A DNA stretch of 54,500 nt, from the NCBI GenBank assembly GCA_964503305.1, contig CAZCZD010000001.1:1-54500 (forward strand), written 5' to 3'. A program made the translations under genes and the position numbers. The notes below the pieces were generated by a model. The model had not been told where the DNA came from, did no database searches, and saw nothing but the letters and a program-made list of their open reading frames with translations. Shown one piece after another: positions 28,230 to 38,237 of the stretch (its first letter is position 1; each line of letters opens with the position of its first letter). Origin of the DNA: an uncultured Candidatus Saccharibacteria bacterium (GTDB taxonomy: Bacteria; Patescibacteriota; Saccharimonadia; Saccharimonadales; Saccharimonadaceae).

Positions 28230-28982
28230 ATGGCATTATTATATATTTTATGTGCTTTGACATTTTTAGAAACGACATTTTTAGTCACTAAAGCACTCAA
28301 AAAATCCGAACTCAGGGTCGGAAAAAGAAAGATTTACGTCGACACATCAGCATTGATGGACGGCAGAATTTTAAGTATCGCAAGAACCGGATTCATTGGC
28401 GATGATTTAATTATTCCAAGAAGCGCAATTCGCGAATTACAACTTCTCGCAGATGGAAAAGATTCCGAAAAAAGAATGCGCGCGAGATTTGGAATGGACA
28501 CGGCAAACGAACTCGAACGTGTAGTTTTTTGCAACACTACAATTCTTGAAGACGAGCTTGATCGCACGCCAGTTGATGAACGTTTAATTCAACTTGCAAA
28601 GAAAAATCACGGTTTAATTTTCACTTGTGATTATAATTTACAAAAAGTTGCAGCGACCGAAAAAATCGAAGTTTTAAATCCAAATAATTTGGCAAACGAA
28701 CTTCGTTCTGAATTTATGCCGGGTGACAAATTTAAATTAAAAATTTCGAGCATTGGACAAAATGCAAAACAGGGCGTTGGCTATCTTCCAGAAGGCACAA
28801 TGGTTGTGGTTGATGAAGCCGATAAATTAGTCGGAAAAGAAATTCAAGTCGAGTTTTTAAAATACGTCCAGACAAGTTCCGGACGCATGATGTTTGCAAA
28901 AAAAGTTGCGGCAAAAAGGATTCCTACACCTCGATTAGGTCGACGCCAAACTCAACCGCGTGGTCGTGGTTTGAAGAAATAA
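28230..28982 (+). CDS. PIN/TRAM-domain protein (YacL-like)
   Basis: VDTSALMDGRI, TCDYNL and QGVGYLPEGTMVVV motifs. Confidence 0.88.
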   Translation: MALLYILCALTFLETTFLVTKALKKSELRVGKRKIYVDTSALMDGRILSIARTGFIGDDLIIPRSAIRELQLLADGKDSEKRMRARFGMDTANELERVVFCNTTILEDELDRTPVDERLIQLAKKNHGLIFTCDYNLQKVAATEKIEVLNPNNLANELRSEFMPGDKFKLKISSIGQNAKQGVGYLPEGTMVVVDEADKLVGKEIQVEFLKYVQTSSGRMMFAKKVAAKRIPTPRLGRRQTQPRGRGLKK

Positions 28983-30096
28983 TATTTTCGTATTTTTCGA
29001 CTAGGTCCTCGCGACCTAGTTTTTTTGCAACGTCGATTGCGAGATTAAAACGCGAGGCATGATTTAGTGTCAACATTTGAAGTGGAGTTGTAGTTGAGCC
29101 TTGTTCTGAAAAACCGTGTGCAAAAATTTCAGCATTTGTATAGTTTCTCAAAATGTCGCGAAGAGTTTCGGCATAGCCATGGAAATTCGAAATAATTGGC
29201 GTACCGTTTACGAAAACTTTATTAAACATTTCTTTACTCATTTCATGCTCGGTTGTGCCAATTTTGTCGTGGGTGAGTGAAAGAATGTTTACAAAACGCA
29301 TTTTTAAATCTGGCAAATCTTCACGAAGAATCTTCATCGCTTCGAGGGATTCGCGAGTAGCAATATCGCCAGCAGCAGTGAAGACAAAATCAAAGTGATT
29401 GGCGTCGGACTCAAGGTAAAATGTATCGCCATCCGAAGCAAAACCAAAGATGCTGGCGCCATTTTCGAGTTGATATTTAGCATGGATTTCGTCGATATAT
29501 TGCGGCTCTTCAGTTTTATTGAATGTAACAAGATTTACAACATTTTTTGAGTTCATTAAAAATTCAAAAGTTGCTTTCATTGATTCAGAATCGACCGGGA
29601 AAAAGCAGTTCACATTTTTGCCTGGACGAGAAAGTAATGTTGAAATTAAAACCGGAGATTGGTGCGAAAAGCCATTGTGGTCTTGGCGCCAACAAGTCGA
29701 AGTACTAAGTAAGTTTACGGCTGGATATTTTTCGCGCCACGAAACTTTTTCGCTTTGTTCAAGGAATTTTAGGTGTTGAAGAATTTGCGAAGTGATAATC
29801 GAAAAGAAAGATTCGTAGCTCGTCATTATTGCTGGTTCGCCGGCGAGAATATGGCCAAGCATCACCGCAAAAAGTGTGTTTTCGGAAAGCAATTCAACAA
29901 TTCTTCCGCCATCACTTTCTTTCAAGTCTTGCGGCATTTTTGGAAGGTTTGACCATGCGCGTTCGGTCACATCATAAACAGCATCGAGCTTATTTGAAGT
30001 GGTTTCATCAGGACTGAAAAAGTAGAGATTTTTATTTTCTTTCATCTCATTTTTCAAAAGCTCGCCAAGTGTTTTTGCAGTCGATTTTTTCGTCAT
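28924..30096 (-). CDS. xfp: Phosphoketolase, central/C-terminal subunit
   Basis: FSPDETTSNKL, ELLSE, SYESF, WRQDHNGFSHQ, NFHGY and EQGSTTTP motifs. Confidence 0.88.
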   Translation of the reverse strand: MTKKSTAKTLGELLKNEMKENKNLYFFSPDETTSNKLDAVYDVTERAWSNLPKMPQDLKESDGGRIVELLSENTLFAVMLGHILAGEPAIMTSYESFFSIITSQILQHLKFLEQSEKVSWREKYPAVNLLSTSTCWRQDHNGFSHQSPVLISTLLSRPGKNVNCFFPVDSESMKATFEFLMNSKNVVNLVTFNKTEEPQYIDEIHAKYQLENGASIFGFASDGDTFYLESDANHFDFVFTAAGDIATRESLEAMKILREDLPDLKMRFVNILSLTHDKIGTTEHEMSKEMFNKVFVNGTPIISNFHGYAETLRDILRNYTNAEIFAHGFSEQGSTTTPLQMLTLNHASRFNLAIDVAKKLGREDLVEKYENIISSNHDHAVEFGVDLIEV

Positions 30097-31103
30097 AATA
30101 TAAATCCTTTCTCACGGTCAAAGAGTTCATTAAAACGGTATGATTTTAGCCAAGCTTCAAGAACTTTTAATTCTTTTTCGTCAGTTTTTGCATTAAGAAG
30201 GGGGATTTGGTGAGCTTTAAAGTTGCCACGAATTTTTACACCATCAAGTTCTTCTGGTCCGGTCAAGCCTTTGTCGGTTTTCATGATGATGAATGGTGGA
30301 TTTTTCTTTTCACCTTTTTTAATGGCTTTGAAGATTTCGTAAGCTTCGTTCAAGACACCTTCAAAATCTTCAATTGCGTAGCTAAGCGCGAGTTCGGCGT
30401 CTTCGTTTGTAGCGCGCACGAAAAGTGGTGTAAAACCGAAGCCACGAATCAATTCAGAAAGTTCACGTTCGGATTTTCGACCAGCGATTGTTGGCGCGGA
30501 AATTTTATAGCCATTCAAATGTAAAATTGGGAGAACATTTCCATTGGCTTTGCCGGAAAATAGTTTATTTAAATTCATTGAAGCAAGCGCGGTTGCAGTC
30601 TCAAATTCACCATCGCCGATTAAGCAGGCTACGGTTTTTCCAGGATGGCCAAGCACAAATCCATAGCTCGTTGCAAGAGCATAGCCAAGTTCACCTCCTT
30701 CGCAAATCACATGTGGTGTGACTGGCGAAGCATGGGATGGAAAACCATCAGGCCATGAAAAATTTTTACAAATATAGGCGATGCCGTCGGCATTTCGTTT
30801 TGCGTTCTCGTCAACTTTGTTTAATTCGCCGTCAAGAAAAAGATTGGCTTGGAGAGCTGGAAAGCCATGACCTGGACCAACAACGAAATCAATGTCTTTG
30901 TCAAAAGATTTCAAACAGTTATAAGCGAGCGTGATGCCTGGACAAGTCCCCCAGTGTCCAAGAAGCCTTGGTTTTATGTCATCAAATTCCAGTGGCTTTT
31001 CGAGCAAGAAATTTTGTTTCAAAAAAAGTTGAGCGACAGTCAAATAATTAGCCGCGCGGATTTTTCGGAGTATTTTTTCTTTATCAATGCCCAACCCGGT
31101 CAT
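30093..31103 (-). CDS. xfp: Phosphoketolase, N-terminal (ThDP-binding) subunit
   Basis: AANYL, KPRLLGHWGT, GPGHG, EGGELGY, GDGE and LPILHLNGYKI motifs. Confidence 0.88.
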   Translation of the reverse strand: MTGLGIDKEKILRKIRAANYLTVAQLFLKQNFLLEKPLEFDDIKPRLLGHWGTCPGITLAYNCLKSFDKDIDFVVGPGHGFPALQANLFLDGELNKVDENAKRNADGIAYICKNFSWPDGFPSHASPVTPHVICEGGELGYALATSYGFVLGHPGKTVACLIGDGEFETATALASMNLNKLFSGKANGNVLPILHLNGYKISAPTIAGRKSERELSELIRGFGFTPLFVRATNEDAELALSYAIEDFEGVLNEAYEIFKAIKKGEKKNPPFIIMKTDKGLTGPEELDGVKIRGNFKAHQIPLLNAKTDEKELKVLEAWLKSYRFNELFDREKGFIL

Positions 31104-31110
31104 GGTTATA

Positions 31111-31716
31111 TTATATCACAGAGAGTGCATTTATGACGTTATTAAAGACTTCGTCGCGAGTTCCAGAAGCATCAATTTCAATCAATAAATTCAATTTGTC
31201 GTAGTGTTTCAAGACTGGTTCAGTTTTTTCGTGGAATTCCTCAATCCTAGTCTCGAAAACTTTTGGATCAGCATCATCACCACGCATTCCACGGTCACCA
31301 AGTTCTTTGGCTGCGTTCCAACGAGTACGAACATCATCTTCAGAAAGTTTTAAGTAGATTACGGCTTTAATCTCATGTCCGGAATCTTTAGTATTTTTCA
31401 TCACTTCATCTTCTTCGCCTTCCCAGCGACCAATCGAAGAAAGAACGAGTGGTTTGTCGATTAAATCTTCAGAATAAAAATGTGGAAGGACGATATCATA
31501 AAACTTGTTGGTTGGAATCAACTCGCCATTTTCAGTCATATGGTCATCTTTTTTCGCTTCATAGTCACGAATAATATCGCCAGAAGATAAAAATTCTGCA
31601 CCAATAAGTTCAGCAAGACGTTTTCCGACTGTATCTTTTCCGCTCATTGGTAGGCCAAAAATATTAATACTACCAGCGCCTAACCAACTTTTAATTTTTT
31701 CGACTTTCTCGTCCAT
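31111..31716 (-). CDS. adk: Adenylate kinase family nucleoside monophosphate kinase
   Basis: GLPMSGKDT P-loop, SSGDIIR, RGDD...RIEEF; short LID. Confidence 0.8.
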   Translation of the reverse strand: MDEKVEKIKSWLGAGSINIFGLPMSGKDTVGKRLAELIGAEFLSSGDIIRDYEAKKDDHMTENGELIPTNKFYDIVLPHFYSEDLIDKPLVLSSIGRWEGEEDEVMKNTKDSGHEIKAVIYLKLSEDDVRTRWNAAKELGDRGMRGDDADPKVFETRIEEFHEKTEPVLKHYDKLNLLIEIDASGTRDEVFNNVINALSVI

Positions 31717-31742
31717 ATTTCTCCTTTTTTCTATTTTATCAC

Positions 31743-31773
31743 AAAAATGCCCCCGGGTTAGGGTTCCGGGGGC
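31743..31773 (-). terminator. Intrinsic terminator
   Basis: Minus strand GCCCCCGG...CCGGGGGCATTTTT. Confidence 0.75.
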
Positions 31774-31817
31774 GGAGGTTGTTTTTTGGCGTAATGATGT
31801 GTTTCTTATATAGAAAG

Positions 31818-32177
31818 TTAGGCAGTCTTCACGTCAAATGCGGTAACTGGCGCATACTGAAAACCGTATCTCTTGAAGAATCTTTTTCGACACAACTCGA
31901 GATTCTCTTCGGTATATCTGCCTTCACGAAGCTTCTTCCACGCTTTCTTCGCGCACTTTTTTACGGCGTTCGGGAGCAAATCTTCATTTCCCATATAGTG
32001 GCCGTAACCACGGTAAGTGTCCGTGTACTGTGCGACTTCCTGGTTGTCATAGAGAACCCAAACTTTCATGTTCGGTTCACCTTCGTGATTGTTACAGCGG
32101 TATCTGAGTTTAATAGTCCACCCATTCTTATTAAACACTTCATACCAATACTTTTCGCTACATAAGTCTACATACAT
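31818..32177 (-). CDS. Hypothetical orphan protein (aromatic/basic)
   Basis: 119 aa; own promoter (TTGCAA-17-TATTAT, 32240-32268), SD AAGGAGG and terminator. Confidence 0.7.
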   Translation of the reverse strand: MYVDLCSEKYWYEVFNKNGWTIKLRYRCNNHEGEPNMKVWVLYDNQEVAQYTDTYRGYGHYMGNEDLLPNAVKKCAKKAWKKLREGRYTEENLELCRKRFFKRYGFQYAPVTAFDVKTA

Positions 32178-32285
32178 ACAAAAAGCCTCCTTTTATAAAA
32201 ATGTGCATTCATGGAGTGAATTACTCCGGAAACATTTCTATAATAACATAGATTTTTTATTTTTGCAAATTTCAAAAAATATGTT

Positions 32286-32720
32286 CTAAATACGTTTTAC
32301 GCGTACCATGGCAGCACGAAGAACTTCGCCGTTATAAAGATAGCCCGGGCGGAGTTCTTCAGCAACAACTTCTTTTTCACCGTCGCCTTCGTCCATTGAG
32401 ATGGCATCGTGAAGGTCTGGGTTAAATTCAGTTCCCTCTTTTGTTTCGATTTTCTTTAAGCCGAGGGATTCCATAGTCTTTTCAAGAGTTTTTGCGATTG
32501 GCGAGAGAGCTTCCGGATTTGCGGAAATTGCGCGAGACATGTCGTCGATAAGTGGCAAAAATTTCATTACAGTCGAATCAGCCGCAAGCTTTTTTGACTG
32601 CTCTTTTTGGATTTCAACTTGTTTTCTAAAATTTTCAAAGTCAGCACGAGTTCTTTGGAGATCGTTTAAAAGTTCAGTTTCTTTTGAATTTTCTTTTTCA
32701 GCTTTTTTCTTTAAATCCAT
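32286..32720 (-). CDS. grpE: Nucleotide exchange factor GrpE
   Basis: RADFENFRK, FNPDLHDA and GYLYNGEVLRAAMVRV motifs. Confidence 0.93.
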   Translation of the reverse strand: MDLKKKAEKENSKETELLNDLQRTRADFENFRKQVEIQKEQSKKLAADSTVMKFLPLIDDMSRAISANPEALSPIAKTLEKTMESLGLKKIETKEGTEFNPDLHDAISMDEGDGEKEVVAEELRPGYLYNGEVLRAAMVRVKRI

Positions 32721-32729
32721 TTTTACTCC

Positions 32730-33473
32730 TTATAATGTGTTTTCGAGAATGTTTCCAGCGTGACGGACAAGGCTCATCGTTTCAGCATAGTTTTGGCGAG
32801 TTGGGCCAAGGACGCCGATATAAGAACTGTCTGAATATGGGCTTCTAAATTTCGAGATGATGAGCGAGACGCCAGAAGTTTTTCCAATTGGGTTTTCGTG
32901 TCCAATAAAGATATTCAAAGGTTCACCTGGACGAGCTTCGCGGAGCCATGGCTCAAGATTATCGAGGAGTTCGGCGACACCTTGGATACGAGAGTTGTCC
33001 ATAAATTCAGGCTGAGCAAAAAGTCGAGAAATACCCGAAAGATAAAGTTGTTCGCCAATTGTGCCGATGCCAAGGTTTCCGGTTAATTCGGCGAGCATAT
33101 CGACAGCCGAACGAATTGCATAGTCGGTGCGTTCTTGGGAATTTACACGAACTTCGAGAGCGTGGATATTGCGATTTGGAGTGTTGGTGCCGGAGCCGAG
33201 CATTTTAGTCGGTTCAAAAGTAGCATTATTGTTCTGTTCAGTTAAAGAGTTTACATAGAAACGATAGCCGGCATCGGTCGGGATGCGACCAGCGGAAGTG
33301 TGGGGATGAGTGATCAAACCAGCTTCTTCGAGACGGGCCATTTCAGCACGAATTGTTGCACTTGAGACGTCAAAAAGTTTAGCGAGAGTGACCGAGCCAA
33401 CAGGGGCAGCCATCTCAGCGTATTCCTCAATAATTGCAAAGAGAATTTGTTTTTGGCGCTCAGTGATTTCCAT
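32730..33473 (-). CDS. hrcA: Heat-inducible transcription repressor (short form)
   Basis: PVGS, SSATIR, HPHTSAGRIPT and IGVLGPTRQNY motifs; CIRCE upstream. Confidence 0.93.
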   Translation of the reverse strand: MEITERQKQILFAIIEEYAEMAAPVGSVTLAKLFDVSSATIRAEMARLEEAGLITHPHTSAGRIPTDAGYRFYVNSLTEQNNNATFEPTKMLGSGTNTPNRNIHALEVRVNSQERTDYAIRSAVDMLAELTGNLGIGTIGEQLYLSGISRLFAQPEFMDNSRIQGVAELLDNLEPWLREARPGEPLNIFIGHENPIGKTSGVSLIISKFRSPYSDSSYIGVLGPTRQNYAETMSLVRHAGNILENTL

Positions 33474-33490
33474 GCCTTAATTATAGCACT

Positions 33491-33517
33491 TTGGCACTTT
33501 AAAGGCAAGAGTGCTAG
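33491..33517. promoter_or_regulatory. CIRCE operator
   Basis: TTGGCACTT-N9-GAGTGCTAG versus consensus TTAGCACTC-N9-GAGTGCTAA; immediately upstream of the hrcA -10 (33480-33485). Confidence 0.9.
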
Positions 33518-33520
33518 ATT

Positions 33521-34885
33521 CTAGTTAACTGCATCAACTAGGTTGGCGACACAACGGATGTTGCCGGCATGTTTTCTACTATGCAAGTAATCTGAGACTG
33601 TATAACTACTATCATTACGAGAAACATTAAGTACTGCATTATAATCACCACTAGTACTAGAAGAAGACCAGTCCGTTGATGACCAATAATCCGCCATAGT
33701 TGAGTTGCCATTGTAATTCTGATAAGAAAATGAGGAATTCATTTGCGAAAAGTTAAATGGAGCTGATGTGATCGTGTTGAAGCCGGTTTCATCATTCGTT
33801 ATTTCATTGGCGCTAAGGAAGGTTTGCCATTGACTCTTCGAAGGTAATGTCCAGCCTTTTGGACAAACTGATGCAGTTGGCGAGCTATGGTTTGGTGCAC
33901 CTGAAACAGTGCCAGCAGATGCAGCATAATAATTATAACCAATACCCTCCATACCGACAGGGTTGTTAAGCTTTTTAGAAATAGCCTCGTCAAAGGTTTC
34001 AGTCCATGAGCCGCCTGCGGCTATCGTTGCGGGGAGAGCGAAGTCGGTCACAACATCAGATTCGGCCGAAGTGAGCGTTATTGGACCTTCAAGACGAAGA
34101 TCTTGCGTCATCCAGCATTCGTTATCACTAAATTTTTGGATAGTATAAGTTTCGCCGTCACGAGAATCTTGTAAAATTGCAGCTGCGCCAACTTCGGCGT
34201 TTGTACAAATACTAGGAGTCATTTGTTGCATTTGGACAATATTGTCAAATGAAGAACTATCGATGATATTGCCAACAACAGCAGAGAATTCCACATTTTT
34301 CGAATAAGTGCCAGCGTCCAAGCTCGATTTTGCAGCAATGCCAAGATGCAGCGTTGTATTACTGTTGTTATTGCCGTTTGGATAGAATAACCTTTTTACT
34401 GACGCTGGGTTAGATAGCGTTGGGATAGGGTTCCAGGAATTATCGTTTCCGGTTTTTGAATAGCCCCAGATGCCATCACTTCCACTAGGAACATCGAGAG
34501 CGGAATTTGCCGAAGAAAGAGATTCGATAACATCAGTCGAAGTTGTGGAAGTCATATCCGTATCGTTATCAACAGATGAGAAGTAAAGTTGATAACCATA
34601 GAGATGATTCGTATGGACTGTTGCGGTAACAGTTTGTTCTTGCTAAACAGCTTCGGAAGACTTTGGTTTCAAGTGAAAATTCAACTCGTTAGTGTCGAGA
34701 ACCAAAGAAATCACAGAGCCAACATTCACATCGACCTGTGCGCCAGCAGACTCGTCTGCGTGAGATAAAATTACTGGAGAATAGAACCACACCGAGAGAA
34801 CAGTTACAAGAAGAAAGCTGACAAAAATGCCGAACTTATAAAATCCATCTAGATATGCTTTCTTTTGTACCTTTATTTTCCCCAT
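33521..34885 (-). pseudogene. FISUMP-like secreted surface protein A, interrupted by an in-frame TAG at 34643-34645
   Basis: ORFs 34643..34885 and 33521..34555 are in one frame and the gap is open (QEQTVTATVHTNHLYGYQLYFSSVD). DSRDGETY, CWMTQDL, YNYYAA, CPKGWTLPS, YWSST and NIRCV motifs. Confidence 0.85.
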
Positions 34886-34945
34886 AATATGACCTACAAT
34901 GTCTTTATAATTTTAGCATAAACACAATAAAAAGGTCAAGGGTTT

Positions 34946-36730
34946 TTAATTATCGTCGCGCTTCAACATTACAGTAAAAGCTTCGGATGGAATGTCGATT
35001 TTACCAAAACGTTTCATACGAGCCTTACCACGTTTCTGTTTTTCAAGAAGCTTAGCTTTACGATCGCGGTCGCCGGTGTGAATCTTGACGGTCACATCTT
35101 TGCGATAAGCACCGATTGTTTCGCGAGCGATGATGCGTGCACCGATTGCAGCTTGGAGAGCAACTTCATAGTTTTGGCGTGGAATAACTTGTTTTAATTT
35201 CTTCGTAATATCACGGCCAATCGCATCTGCTTCTGATTTATGACACATAATTGCGAGTGCATCGATTTTATTACCGCCAACGAGAAAATCAACGCGGCAA
35301 AGATCTTCGGTTTTATAGTCCGAAATTTCATAATTAAATGAAGCGTAACCTGAAGTTAAGGATTTTAATTGATCATAAAAGTCGGTCAAGAGGTTTGCCA
35401 TCGGCGCCTCAAAGTCAATCACTGCGCGATCTTCCATGTATGAAATGTTGTTGTGGAGGCCACGTTTTTCAACGATGAGATTCAAGACGTTTCCAATCAT
35501 CGAGACAGGAAGAATAATTTCACCCTTCACCCATGGCTCACGAATTTCAAGAACTTCAGACATATCCGGAAGGTCGGAAGCGGATTTGATTTCGATTTCA
35601 GTACCATTATTTAAAACAACTTCATAGTTGGTCGATGGGTTTGTTACAACGAGGTCGAGGTCAAACTCACGCTCGAGACGTTCTTTGATGATATCCATAT
35701 GAAGAAGTCCGAGGAAACCAATGCGAAGACCAAAACCTAAGACCGGTGAGTTTTCCGGCTCAAAGCGAAGAGCAGAATCGGAGAGGGCTAGTTTTTCAAC
35801 AGCCTCTTTCAAATCTTTATATTGGTCGTTTGAGACCGGGAAAAAGCCTGCATAAACAAACGGAAGGACGTTTTTATAACCTGGGAGTGGAGTCGAAGCA
35901 GGATTTTTCTGGAGTGTGACAGTGTCACCAACTTTTGCTTCGCGAGTGGTTTTTAGGTTTGTTACGATATAACCAACTTCACCTTCCGAAAGAGAGTCTT
36001 TTGGTTTCATTTTCGGTTTTAAAACACCGACTTCGAGAGCAATACCATTCGTGTGATTTTCCATCATGTGAATATTGGCATTTTTGTCAATTTTGCCATT
36101 TACGATACGGACATAAAGCACAACGCCGCGATAATCATCGAAATAAGAATCAAAAATCAAAGCTCGTGTTTCGGCGCTTTCGGTTTTCTTTGGTGCCGGT
36201 CCACGTTCGATGATTGCATCAAGAACTTTTTCAACATTCAAACCAGTCTTTGCGGAAACTGGAATAATTTCTTCCGGATTACAGCCAAGAAGATTTACGA
36301 TTTCATTCGTGACTTTTTCAACATTTGCGGCTGGAAGATCAACTTTGTTGATAACTGGGATAATCGTTAAGTCTTGCTCAATTGCGAGATAGACATTTGC
36401 AAGAGTCTGAGCTTGAATGCCCTGAGTAGCATCGACAACGAGAATCGCCGATTCGACAGCTTGGAGGCTTCTTGAAACTTCATAAGAAAAGTCGACATGG
36501 CCGGGAGTGTCGATAAGATTTAACTCATAGCCTTTATAATTCATTTGGACTGGAGCGAGTTTAATCGTAATCCCCTTCTCGCGCTCGAGTTCCATCGAAT
36601 CAAGAAGCTGGGACTTCATTTCGCGTTTTTCAACCGTACCCGTAATTTCCATCATACGGTCGGCAAGAGTGGACTTGCCGTGGTCAATATGAGCGATGAT
36701 ACAAAAATTACGGATTTTTTCGGTGTTCAT
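34946..36730 (-). CDS. lepA: Elongation factor 4
   Basis: IRNFCIIAHIDHGKSTLADR, DTPGH, NKVD and GFLGLLHM motifs. Confidence 0.97.
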   Translation of the reverse strand: MNTEKIRNFCIIAHIDHGKSTLADRMMEITGTVEKREMKSQLLDSMELEREKGITIKLAPVQMNYKGYELNLIDTPGHVDFSYEVSRSLQAVESAILVVDATQGIQAQTLANVYLAIEQDLTIIPVINKVDLPAANVEKVTNEIVNLLGCNPEEIIPVSAKTGLNVEKVLDAIIERGPAPKKTESAETRALIFDSYFDDYRGVVLYVRIVNGKIDKNANIHMMENHTNGIALEVGVLKPKMKPKDSLSEGEVGYIVTNLKTTREAKVGDTVTLQKNPASTPLPGYKNVLPFVYAGFFPVSNDQYKDLKEAVEKLALSDSALRFEPENSPVLGFGLRIGFLGLLHMDIIKERLEREFDLDLVVTNPSTNYEVVLNNGTEIEIKSASDLPDMSEVLEIREPWVKGEIILPVSMIGNVLNLIVEKRGLHNNISYMEDRAVIDFEAPMANLLTDFYDQLKSLTSGYASFNYEISDYKTEDLCRVDFLVGGNKIDALAIMCHKSEADAIGRDITKKLKQVIPRQNYEVALQAAIGARIIARETIGAYRKDVTVKIHTGDRDRKAKLLEKQKRGKARMKRFGKIDIPSEAFTVMLKRDDN

Positions 36731-36773
36731 TATCTGTTATTATAACAGATTTTAGAGAGTTTTTCAAAAGGAT

Positions 36774-38237
36774 TTATCTACCACGAGTTGGCTTGTCTTC
36801 GTTTTCTGCCATACAGCGGACATTTACACCATTTCTTGTATCGATTTCATACGACGACAACATGCTTTCGAAAGAGCCGCCAATCATAAAGACATTTTGA
36901 GACTCGGTATCTGGATTTGAATCATCATGGCTTGTCCACCATGCACCAATGGTACCTTGACCGGTCAAACCATTTTCGTCGACACTATACATACCATTTT
37001 TTGTAAAGTTTGCCGGAGAAGATTCAATTATTGGCATAACCATTGACGTCAACTCATTTTTCTTATTGGCAATTTCAGTTTCATCACCACCATTTCGTTC
37101 AAGGTTTCTTATTTCATAAACTGATTGTTCAATCTGTAACATTTGTTCATAGGTAAATGCTTTAGACAATATGTCACTAAAGTCACTATAAGTTGGCAAC
37201 TTCCAGCCAGAAGGACAAATACTGCCACTTCTATAGTTAGTATACGTACTACCGTAAGAACTAGTATATTCATAAGAATAAGTGTCATATCCGGCAGAAG
37301 CTGCAGCGTAGTTATAATATGCGCCGGTGCTTGCATTGTTTGTGCTATAGACTTCAGGGTTTGTATAACTAAAGCTCCAGGTCGTGAGTGAAGATGGGAT
37401 GGTAAAGCTGTCTTTACTATAGAGAGCTTAATTATCCTTTGTAATTTCTTGACCAGAAATGTCTAAGTTTTGAACCATCCAACAGTTGCCATCACTAAGT
37501 TGAGCGACTTCGTAAACTTTATTATTTCTTGTGTCACGGAGATGCCACTTTTGAATATATTTGTTACTATAGCCAGTATATACAGTATCTGCTTCACTAA
37601 AGTCTGATGGGTTTATGACGTTCTTACAGACAAATTCTTGCATCGTGGTTGAACCAGTGTATTCAGCCGAGCTGCCGTCTTGGCCGTTTGCGACAGCCGA
37701 GAAAAGAATATGATCAACATAATAGCCAGAAGCCAAAGTTTGCCCAACTTTTGCACCAAAGGAAACAGAAACATTATCTGTTGAGCCAGAGTTGGTCGTT
37801 TTGATACGGGTTGGACTTCCGAAGACTGGAATTTTCGAGAAGTCAGCTCCATCCATCGAATAACCCCAAGTATTTTTTTCCATGGTTGAGCTAGTTTTCG
37901 TGCCGGTGAATGTTGAAGAAATCGTATAAGAATTATCGGTTTGGTTTTTCATGCTTGAGTCCTCATCGAGGTCCTCAAGATAGAGCGAATAGCCATAGCC
38001 AGAGTTTGAATCAACATAAACTGTCGCGGTGCCCGTTGCAAAACGATCTGAGTCCATTTCGAGTTCGACATCCGAGGCATTCACGCTAATTATACTGTCA
38101 ATTTCGGCATTAACTTCAACTTCCTCGGTTTCATCTGCATGTGATTTAATGACTGGAGAGTATAAATATGCTGCCGTCATCGCCAAAAGGAGCGAGAAGG
38201 AGAAGATTCCGATTTTTTGCATAATATTATCTTTCAT
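36774..38237 (-). pseudogene. FISUMP-like secreted surface protein B, interrupted by an in-frame TAA at 37428-37430
   Basis: ORFs 37428..38237 and 36774..37199 are in one frame; the gap is open and encodes YYNYAAASAG...ICPSGWKLP. Ends in WWTS...GVNVRCM. Confidence 0.85.

Noticed and set aside
34601-34611. Partial match GAGATGATTCG to the 17-bp inverted repeat
   Set aside because: 11 bp inside coding sequence with no flanking similarity; compatible with chance.
34643-37430. Stop-codon reassignment explaining the in-frame stops
   Set aside because: The stops differ (TAG and TAA), the third paralogue is frameshifted, and TAA, TAG and TGA all end normal genes here.
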